From: an uncultured Spirochaetota bacterium
GTDB lineage: Bacteria; Spirochaetota; Spirochaetia; SZUA-6; Fen-1364
Assembly (NCBI GenBank): GCA_963820525.1
Contig: CAWGAA010000002.1
Span: forward strand, 288,001-352,000
Direction of reading: 5' to 3'
Length of the DNA stretch: 64,000 nt
Part shown: piece after piece, positions 28,496 to 36,453 of the stretch
Numbering within the stretch: position 1 is the first letter of the stretch
How the letters are laid out: each line of letters begins with the position of its first letter
Notes under the pieces: model-generated
What the model was told of the DNA's origin: nothing
Databases searched by the model: none
What the model saw: only the letters and a program-made list of their open reading frames with translations
Position numbers and translations under genes: made by a program

Positions 28496-29767
28496 GTGAC
28501 GTACTTCGCGCGAGGCTCGAAGCACGATGTCATCTCGGACAATGACCTTCGCTCGGGTCTCTTCGAGGCATTCGGGAAGCTGGGAAAGAGAGGGAGGATC
28601 CTGGTTGTTCCCCCCGACATAACCCGCCTTCCCTCACGGGCCGGACGAATTACCGAGCTTGCCTGGCAATTCTTCGGGGAAGCGATAACCGACGTGCTTC
28701 CGGCAACGGGCACGCACTTCGCCATGAGCGAGGCGGAGATGAGCGAGATGTTCGGCGGGGTGCCTCATCGGCTCTTTCGGGCTCACATGTGGAAGGAAAA
28801 CCTCGATACCCTGGGCCGGGTGCCGTCTGAGTTCATCGCCGAGGTATCCGAAGGGCTTCTTTCCTACGACTGGCCCGCCCAGGTGGACCATCTCCTGGCC
28901 GCCGGAGGCCATGACCTGATTCTCTCCATCGGGCAGGTGGTGCCTCACGAGGTGGTGGGGATGGCGGGATACAACAAGAACATCCTCATCGGCGCGGGCG
29001 GCCGCGAGGCCATTCACAAAAGCCATTATCTGGGCGCCGTATACGGCATGGAGCGGATGATGGGCCGCTCCGACACGCCGGTGCGAAAGGTGCTCGACTA
29101 CGCGACCGGGCGGTTTGCCCGCGGGCTTCCCATCGTCTACGTGCACACGGTCGTTGCCCGCGAAGCCGACGGCAGCCTTGCGCTCAAGGGGCTGTTTGTC
29201 GGCGATGACGCGGAGCTCTTCTCCCGCGCCGCCGCGTTGTCCCTCGAGGTGAACCTCACGATGGTGGAACAGCCGCTGGAGAAGGTTGTGGTGTATCTCG
29301 ATGCGGCGGAGTACAAGAGCACCTGGCTGGGAAACAAGGCGATCTACCGCACGCGCATGGCAATCGCCGACGGCGGCGAGCTCATCGTGCTGGCCCCCGG
29401 AGTGCGCAGCTTCGGTGAGGACCCCGGCATCGACGCCCTCATCCGCCGCTACGGCTACCTCACCACGCCGCGAGTCCTCAAGGCCGTGGAGGAGAGCAAG
29501 GACCTGCAGGAGAACCTCGCCGTGGCCGCGCACCTGATCCACGGCTCCTCCGAGGAGCGTTTCACGGTCACCTACTGCCCCGGAGGCCTTTCCCGGGAAG
29601 AGGTGGAGAAGGCCAACTTCCGCTATGGGGAGCTTGCCGCCATCATGAATCGATACGACCCCGGACGCCTGCGTGAGGGGCGGAACGAGCTTCCCGGAGG
29701 GGAGCGGATCTACTTCATCTCGAAGCCCGCGATCGGCCTGTGGGCCCACCGGGGCAGGTTTACTTAA
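28496..29767 (+). CDS. LarA/DUF2088-family alpha-hydroxyacid epimerase, probably mannonate/gluconate epimerase (GntE-like)
   Basis: VPPDITR, PATGTH, VVPHEVVGMAG, STWLGNKAIYRTR; lies between uxaE and gnd. Start uncertain (GTG 28496 or TTG 28457). Confidence 0.8.
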   Translation: MTYFARGSKHDVISDNDLRSGLFEAFGKLGKRGRILVVPPDITRLPSRAGRITELAWQFFGEAITDVLPATGTHFAMSEAEMSEMFGGVPHRLFRAHMWKENLDTLGRVPSEFIAEVSEGLLSYDWPAQVDHLLAAGGHDLILSIGQVVPHEVVGMAGYNKNILIGAGGREAIHKSHYLGAVYGMERMMGRSDTPVRKVLDYATGRFARGLPIVYVHTVVAREADGSLALKGLFVGDDAELFSRAAALSLEVNLTMVEQPLEKVVVYLDAAEYKSTWLGNKAIYRTRMAIADGGELIVLAPGVRSFGEDPGIDALIRRYGYLTTPRVLKAVEESKDLQENLAVAAHLIHGSSEERFTVTYCPGGLSREEVEKANFRYGELAAIMNRYDPGRLREGRNELPGGERIYFISKPAIGLWAHRGRFT

Positions 29768-29816
29768 TTGAGGCGCGGCGCATATCCACCCGCCTTCATC
29801 CGTCAAGGAGCGTGCC

Positions 29817-31253
29817 ATGGAACCTCGTGCTGATTTCGGTCTCATCGGCCTGGCCGTCATGGGAGAGAACCTGGTCCTCAACATCAACGACAAGGGATAC
29901 TCGGTTGCGGTCTTCAACAGGACCGTATCCAGGGTGGACGAGTTCCTCCGTCAGAAGGCGCACGGCCGCGCCACGATAATCGGCACGCGCTCGATAGGGG
30001 AACTGGCGGCCGCCGTCAAGCGGCCGCGCAGGATCATGCTCATGGTAAAGGCGGGAGAAGCGGTGGATGAAACGATCGAGCTTCTCATCCCTCACATGGA
30101 GGCGGGTGACCTCATCATAGACGGCGGAAACTCGCACTTCTCCGACACCACCCGGCGCACGAGATACCTCGCGGGCAAGGGGCTTCTCTTCATCGGCACG
30201 GGGGTATCCGGCGGGGAGGAGGGGGCGCGCCATGGTCCTTCCATAATGCCCGGCGGAAACCCCCAGGGCTGGCCCCTGGTGAAGGAGATATTCCAAGCCA
30301 TCGCGGCGAAGGCCGACGGCGCGCCCTGCTGCGACTGGGTGGGGGAGGATGGGGCCGGTCATTACGTGAAGATGGTCCACAACGGCATCGAGTACGGGGA
30401 CATGCAGCTGATATCCGAGGCGTATCAGCTGCTCAAGGAAGGCCTGGGCATGAGCGCCGACGAGATGCAGGGAGTCTTTGCGCAATGGAACGGGGGAGAG
30501 CTTGACAGCTATCTCATCCAGATCACCGCGGAGATCCTCGCGTTCAAGGACGAGGATGGCGAGCCGCTCCTGGACAACATCCTGGATGCTGCCGGTCAGA
30601 AGGGAACGGGCAAGTGGACGAGCGTCAACGCCCTGGACCTCGGAATCCCGGTCACGCTGATAGGGGAGGCCGTTTTCGCCCGCTGCCTGTCCGCATTGAA
30701 GGACGAGAGGGTGGCGGCCTCGAAGGCGCTGAAAGGTCCTGACGCCCGCTTCTCCGGCGACAGAAAGGCATTCATCGAGGATGTGAGAAAAGCCCTCCTT
30801 GCCTCCAAGATCGTGTCCTATGCCCAAGGCTACATGCTGTTTCGAGAAGCGGCCAGGGAATACGGCTGGAACCTGAACTACGGCGGGATCGCGCTCTTGT
30901 GGCGCGGCGGCTGCATCATCAGAAGCTCTTTCCTGGGGAAGATCAAGGAGGCTTTCGACCGCAATCCCGGCCTGGCCAATCTTCTCCTGGATCCGTATTT
31001 TACGTCGCTCATCGAAAGCTCCCAGGCTTCATGGCGGCGGACGGTCTCGAAGGCCGTGGAGCTGGGAATTCCCGTCCCCGCTTTTTCAACGGCCCTGTGC
31101 TTCTACGATGGGTATCGGAGCGCCCGGCTGCCGGCCAATCTCCTCCAGGCTCAGCGGGACTTCTTCGGCGCGCACACCTACGAGCGGGTGGACAGGCCGC
31201 GGGGCCAATTTTTCCACACGAACTGGACCGGAGCGGGGATGGAGGGGCTCTAA
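29817..31253 (+). CDS. gnd: 6-phosphogluconate dehydrogenase, decarboxylating (NADP)
   Basis: GLIGLAVMG, GVSGGEEGA, KMVHNGIEYGDMQ, QAQRDFFGAHTY. Confidence 0.96.
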   Translation: MEPRADFGLIGLAVMGENLVLNINDKGYSVAVFNRTVSRVDEFLRQKAHGRATIIGTRSIGELAAAVKRPRRIMLMVKAGEAVDETIELLIPHMEAGDLIIDGGNSHFSDTTRRTRYLAGKGLLFIGTGVSGGEEGARHGPSIMPGGNPQGWPLVKEIFQAIAAKADGAPCCDWVGEDGAGHYVKMVHNGIEYGDMQLISEAYQLLKEGLGMSADEMQGVFAQWNGGELDSYLIQITAEILAFKDEDGEPLLDNILDAAGQKGTGKWTSVNALDLGIPVTLIGEAVFARCLSALKDERVAASKALKGPDARFSGDRKAFIEDVRKALLASKIVSYAQGYMLFREAAREYGWNLNYGGIALLWRGGCIIRSSFLGKIKEAFDRNPGLANLLLDPYFTSLIESSQASWRRTVSKAVELGIPVPAFSTALCFYDGYRSARLPANLLQAQRDFFGAHTYERVDRPRGQFFHTNWTGAGMEGL

Positions 31254-31308
31254 GGCCGGCCGCGCCGCTATCCCCGGCTCCCCCGAGGTGATACATTGCC
31301 GTACAGCT

Positions 31309-32133
31309 ATGAAAATCTACCTGATGACCGACATGGAGGGGGTCTGCGGGGTCCAGGACTACGAGGGCTGGGCCCTTCCATCATCGCCGCATTTCGAGAA
31401 GGGCAGGCGCCTCCTCACCCTGGAGGTGAACGCGGCGGTGGATGGGTTCTACTCTGCGGGCGCCTCCTCCATTCTGGTGGTCGATGGCCACGGCGCCGGC
31501 GGGATCGACCACGAGATTCTCGACAGGCGGACCCTCCTCTTGAGGGGATTCCCCGGCCCGTATCCGATGGGTCTGGACCGCGGCTTCGATGCGATGGCGT
31601 GGGTGGGCCAGCACGCCAAGGCTGGAGCGGAGCACGCTCACCTTCCCCACACGGGAAGCTTCCAGGTGCTCGACTTTCAGGTGAACGGCGTGTCGGTTGG
31701 CGAGTTCGGCATCATGGCCATGTGCGGCGCCTTCATCGGCGTTCCGGCCATCTTTGCTTCGGGAGACGAGGCGCTGTGCAAGGAGGCCAGGGAGCTGGTC
31801 CCTGAGATCGAGACTGCATCAGTGAAGCGGGGGCTCATGTCGGGAAGCGGAGACGAGCTGGACAGAGATGCATACCGCGCGCGTAACTCGCCCGCCCTCC
31901 ACCTCCATCCGGAGAAGGCGCGGGAGCTGATCAGGAACGGGGCGGCGGGCGCGCTTGCCCGATTGAGGGAGAACCGCGAGGCTTTCCCGCTGGTGAAAAT
32001 CGAGGCCCCGTTCAAGAAAAAAGTGGCATACCGGGCGGACGAGGGAAAGCCGCCGGATCGGACGCGGGCCGAGCATGCGACGGACTTCATCGCCCTCCTG
32101 AACGCGGCGGAAAAAAGGGAAATGCGGAAGTAG
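31309..32133 (+). CDS. M55 family D-aminopeptidase (DppA-like)
   Basis: MKIYLMTDMEGVCG, VDGHG, GQHAKAG..HLPHT, VGEFG, SGD. Confidence 0.88.
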   Translation: MKIYLMTDMEGVCGVQDYEGWALPSSPHFEKGRRLLTLEVNAAVDGFYSAGASSILVVDGHGAGGIDHEILDRRTLLLRGFPGPYPMGLDRGFDAMAWVGQHAKAGAEHAHLPHTGSFQVLDFQVNGVSVGEFGIMAMCGAFIGVPAIFASGDEALCKEARELVPEIETASVKRGLMSGSGDELDRDAYRARNSPALHLHPEKARELIRNGAAGALARLRENREAFPLVKIEAPFKKKVAYRADEGKPPDRTRAEHATDFIALLNAAEKREMRK

Positions 32134-32177
32134 GATGCGGACGGCGGGTGCGGCGGCGCCCTGACGGCGTCGAGCGC

Positions 32178-33611
32178 TCAGGTCCCCGCCAGCTTTCCGA
32201 AGGTTGCGTCGAGGTCCTGGCATGCCGTCTTGAACGCGGCGAAGAGGTCCACGTAAATCACCTGGTTTCGCGTTTCAGGCAGGAAAGTCTTCTGGAACCG
32301 GACCAGGCGCTCTGAAGCTTCCTGCAGGCTCTCGAACTCGCCAAGGCCGTAGAACCCGACGCACGCGTTTCCCACCAGCTCCGAGTCCTCGGCCTCGGGC
32401 AGGAGAACCCGCTTGCCCGTTATATCCGCCCGGAGCTGGCACCAGAAGGGGATCCGTGACTGGCCGCCGGTGACGCGCAGGTCCGCCACCTGGCATCCGT
32501 TGGATTCCATGATCTCCACGATCAGGCGCACGGCGAAGGACATGGATTCCACAACGGCACGCATCATCTCGCCGCGGCCGTGGCGCATCGTGAGGCCGAG
32601 AAACCCCCCGCGCAGCAGGGGGGACCAGAGGGAGAATCTTTCGGAACCCAGGAAAGGGAGGAAAAGGAGACGCCCGGCGCCCGCCGGCACCTCCTGGACT
32701 TCCTTCAACAGGGATTCCATCTCACCTTTCCTTCGGGCAAAGCTGTCGGCGGCCCACTGGAGGGCGCTTCCCGACGTGGAGAGCATCCCGGCGATGTTGA
32801 ACATCCCCCGCGCGATGTGGGAATAGCACAACAGGCGCGGGTCCTTCACGGGCAGGCCCCAGCAGAGGTTCACGCCCTCCGAGGTTCCGGCGCGATCGCA
32901 CGCCCTTCCCTGCTGCATTGCGGCGGTGCCGAGGATGGACATGATGAAGTCGGGCCCCCCGCAGAAAACGGGCAGGCCCGCGGGGATGCCGAGGGTCTCT
33001 TCCGCCGCCGGAGTCACGGTTCCCGCGGATTCTCCCGGCTCAAGGAACGGCGGAAACTTCTCCTGGTCCAGCCCGACGTGAGGGATGGCGCTCTCGTTCC
33101 AGAAGAACTCCTTGAGCAGCGCGTTGGGAATCACGCGGAACGCATTGCCGGTGAGAAAGAACGTGACGAACTCGGCGCAGGGAAGGAACCAGCGCGTCTT
33201 GGAGTACAACTCCGGCTTGTTGCCGCGGATCCACAGCGCCTTGGGAAGGTAGAACGATGCGTCGACGTGCGAATCCGAATACTCCCCGACGAGCTCCGCC
33301 TCCTCCGCGCCGCGCCTGTCCATCCAGGTCATGGCGAAGTCCAGCGGCTCGCCGTCCGCGTCCACGGGCACCAGGGTTGGGCCGTTCGAGCTGACAACCA
33401 CGGCGCGCGGGCGGGAGCGCTCCCGCAGCCCGAGCTGCGCGGTCACCAGCGCCATGCCGGACAGCCACGTGTTGGCGTCGCACTCGTGCCTGTCAAGCTC
33501 GCCGATGCAGGCGGGCCGCACCGGCACCTGCGCCCGCGCGAGGACCTTCCCGTCGATATCGACGACGGCGCCCTTGAGAAAGCTCGTCCCGATGTCGTAG
33601 GCGAGGATCAT
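32178..33611 (-). CDS. FGGY-family carbohydrate kinase (xylulokinase/gluconokinase-like)
   Basis: DIGTSFLK, WMDRRG, GGPD, GTSE, FLPFLGSER, VTGGQS. Confidence 0.88.
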   Translation of the reverse strand: MILAYDIGTSFLKGAVVDIDGKVLARAQVPVRPACIGELDRHECDANTWLSGMALVTAQLGLRERSRPRAVVVSSNGPTLVPVDADGEPLDFAMTWMDRRGAEEAELVGEYSDSHVDASFYLPKALWIRGNKPELYSKTRWFLPCAEFVTFFLTGNAFRVIPNALLKEFFWNESAIPHVGLDQEKFPPFLEPGESAGTVTPAAEETLGIPAGLPVFCGGPDFIMSILGTAAMQQGRACDRAGTSEGVNLCWGLPVKDPRLLCYSHIARGMFNIAGMLSTSGSALQWAADSFARRKGEMESLLKEVQEVPAGAGRLLFLPFLGSERFSLWSPLLRGGFLGLTMRHGRGEMMRAVVESMSFAVRLIVEIMESNGCQVADLRVTGGQSRIPFWCQLRADITGKRVLLPEAEDSELVGNACVGFYGLGEFESLQEASERLVRFQKTFLPETRNQVIYVDLFAAFKTACQDLDATFGKLAGT

Positions 33612-33754
33612 GGCCGCTACTATATCCGACTCCGGCTCCGCTGGCTACGTTCCACCGCCTCACGTCGTGCGTCGCCGACGGCCCCGGAGCCTTTTTGAAT
33701 CGTACTTCGAAAAGCGATATTGACATTTTCCCCGGACAATACGATATTCTATTC

Positions 33755-33895
33755 GCCTTTTCTTCGAGGCAGGGAGTATTTCCCGACCGGCGGTAAGAGC
33801 CCGCAACCTCCCGCGTTTCGCGCTTTGCGTGAAACGCTCGAGTGGAGACGGTGAGATTCCGTCGCCGACAGTACAGTCTGGATGGGAGAAGGAAG
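33755..33895 (+). ncRNA. FMN riboswitch (RFN element), variant
   Basis: TCTTCGAGGCAGGG..TTCCCGACCGGCGGTAAGAGCCCGC..GACGGTGAGATTCCGTCGCCGACAGTACAGTCTGGATGGGAGAAGG matches the RFN consensus blocks. TTGACA at 33720 upstream; the GTG start follows immediately. Confidence 0.93.
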
Positions 33896-35477
33896 GTGGC
33901 AGAGGATTTAGTAATAGAGGCCAAGGGCCTCAGCTTCGCTTTTCAAAAAACTCTGATCATCGACGCTCTTTCCTTCACCGTGGAGAAGGGTCAGTTCGTC
34001 TCCTTCATCGGACCCTCCGGGTGCGGCAAGACGACGCTCCTGCACGTCATCGCCGGCATCTACAAGGGTTTTGGCGGGGGAGCTCGCCGTGCGCACGGAC
34101 AAGATCTCGTTCGTGTTCCAGCAGGATTCCCTTCTTTCCTGGCGGACCGCGCTGGGAAACGTGCTCCTCCCCTTCGAGCTTCAAGGCCTCCCCGTAACCG
34201 AGGAGCTGCGCGAAAAGGGGCGGAAGCTCCTGGCGGCGCTGGGTCTGGCCGATTATGAGGAGTACCCTCCTTCCCAGCTCTCCGGCGGGATGAAAAAAAG
34301 GGTTGAGCTCGCCCGGGCGCTCGTGACGGATCCCGAGCTGCTCATTCTGGACGAGCCCTTCTCGTCGCTGGACATCATCACGCGGGAAAAGCTCAACATC
34401 CTCATCCGCGGGATCCGCTCGATCAGCACCTGCACCGTGGTTCTCGTGACGCATTCGGTCGAGGAGGCCTGCTACCTCTCGGAGAAGATTTACGTCCTTT
34501 CCAATCTTCCCGCCCAGATCATCAACCTCAAGAGCTTGCGCAAGAACGGCGCGAAGCCCGATTTCTACCTCCTCACCCCCGAGGAGCTTGCGGCGGACAA
34601 CGAGATCAGGAAGGACGCCAAGGTGCTCTGGGCCGCCTTGAAGGAGACCAACGGCTCATCCCCGCATGAAGAGCAGCTTCCGGCGCCGCGCGCGGAGGGT
34701 CCGCTGGGCAGGCTCACCGGGTTCGTGAAGCGCCGCTACGCCGGCATTCTCGTTCCCTTCGAGCTTACGGCGATCATCGTCCTTGCGGCATTGCTCAAGA
34801 CGCATGCACACATTCCCGACTATATCTTCCCCTCGCCGTACGGGGTCTTTCTGCGCTTCCTGGATACCCTCGTTCACGGCACCATCCTGCCCGATCTCGG
34901 CATTACCGTCTACGAATCCCTGGCCGGCTTTGCCATCGCGTTCGTGCTCACGCTCCTGTTGGGCTACGGGATCGCCAAGTCGCGCCTTGCCTCCAGCCTC
35001 CTCATGCCGTACCTGATCGCGGCAAATACCATCCCGTCGGTGGCTCTCGCCCCGTTCCTCGTTCTCTGGTTCGGGTTCGGAATCACCCCGCGGATCGTCA
35101 CATCGGTCATCGTCATTTTCTTTCCCATGCTCATCAACAACGTCTCCGCAATTGGAATGGCCGGCAGGAGCATGAGAAACCTCATCGCCTTCTTCCGGCC
35201 GTCGCGCCTGCGGCGGTTTCTGTACTTCGAGCTTCCCGCCTCCCTTCCCCTCATCGCGAGCGGGGTCAAGGTCTCCATCACCCTCTCGGTGATCGGCGCC
35301 GTGGTCGGGGAGTTCGTTTCCGGCAACCGGGGCCTGGGCGCCCTGGTGGGCATCGCCAAGGCGAACTTCGACGTCGAGCTGATGTTCGTCGGGCTGTTCT
35401 GGCTCATGACCCTCGGGATCGCGTACTACATCCTGGCGGATCTCCTCTACAGGCTCGTCGCCTGGAGGATTCGATAG
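33896..35477 (+). CDS. ABC importer ATPase fused to permease (TauB/TauC-like; probable riboflavin uptake, RibX-like), interrupted by a +1 frameshift at about 34076-34080
   Basis: Walker A GPSGCGKTT is in the frame starting at GTG 33896. LSGGMKKR, ILDEPF, VTHS and a TM permease domain are in the next frame. Removing one G from the G5 run gives contiguous YKGFGGELAVRTDKISFVFQ. Confidence 0.85.
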
Positions 35478-35499
35478 ACAATCAATAAGGAGGAATCAC

Positions 35500-36453
35500 A
35501 TGGAGAAACGGCTCTTCGCCGTTGCGGCGGTGCTCGCTCTCATCGCGGGGGCGCTTTTCGCGCAAGGCAGGGATAAGATCAGCCTCGCCATCGGCTACAT
35601 TCCCCACGTCCAGTTCACCCCGCTGTACGTGGGCATCGAGAAGGGGTATTACCGCGACGAGGGGGTGGACCTCGAGATCAGCTACGGCTTCGGGATCGAC
35701 ATCTTCTCCCTCCTTCAGGCGGGAAAGATCGATCTGGGGCTGTCCGACTCGGACCAGCTCATCATTTCCGGCGCGAAAGACCTGGGGCTTCAGGCCGTCT
35801 TCCAGTACTACCAGAAGTATCCCGTCTCGATCGTGGCCGCGGCCGGCGCGATAAAGTCTCCCGAGGAGCTGGCGGGAAAGATGATCGGGACTCCCGAGCT
35901 CTACGGAACTTCCTACATCGGCCTCCAGCTCTTTCTCAGGAAATACGGCCTCGCCGGCAGGGTTGATGTCGAGCGGATTGGCTATACTCAGGCGGCGACC
36001 CTTCGAAGCGGCAAGGTGGCCGCCGTAGTGTGCTTCTCCAACAACGAGCCCATCCTCCTGCGCCTGGATGGGGTGGCGATAACGCAGTGGGACGTGCGGG
36101 ATTTCTCCGACATGGTCGGGGCATCGTTCATCAGCTCGCGGGACATCATTTCGCGAAAGGGCGACGCCCTGCGCAGATTCGCGCGGGCCACCGGCAGGGC
36201 GATGGCCTTCACGGAGGCGAACACGGACGAGGCGTTCGCCATCGCGCTGAAGCAGATCGGCAACCTGAAAAAGGACGATGAGCCGTTCTTCAGAAAGGTC
36301 CTGGATGCGACCTGTCAGCTCTTCCCCAGCCCGAAAGGCTACGGGTACATAGATGCGGATACCTATCAGCGCTCCATCGAGGAACTCGTCTCCCTCGGCC
36401 TGATCAAGGAGCGGTATGGCGCGCAGAAGATCATCCACCCGCTGGGAGGGTAG
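35500..36453 (+). CDS. NMT1/THI5-like ABC substrate-binding protein (probable riboflavin-binding, RibY-like)
   Basis: Signal peptide, GYIPHVQFTPLYVGIEKGYY, GTPELYGTSYIG; AAGGAGG SD; downstream of the FMN riboswitch. Confidence 0.85.
   Translation: MEKRLFAVAAVLALIAGALFAQGRDKISLAIGYIPHVQFTPLYVGIEKGYYRDEGVDLEISYGFGIDIFSLLQAGKIDLGLSDSDQLIISGAKDLGLQAVFQYYQKYPVSIVAAAGAIKSPEELAGKMIGTPELYGTSYIGLQLFLRKYGLAGRVDVERIGYTQAATLRSGKVAAVVCFSNNEPILLRLDGVAITQWDVRDFSDMVGASFISSRDIISRKGDALRRFARATGRAMAFTEANTDEAFAIALKQIGNLKKDDEPFFRKVLDATCQLFPSPKGYGYIDADTYQRSIEELVSLGLIKERYGAQKIIHPLGG

Noticed and set aside
34066..34072. G_GGT_TTT slippery heptamer beside the ATPase frameshift, suggesting programmed -1 frameshifting
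   Set aside because: Restoring the ATPase needs a +1 shift, so a -1 slip would not give the full protein. An extra G in the adjacent G5 run explains the break better.
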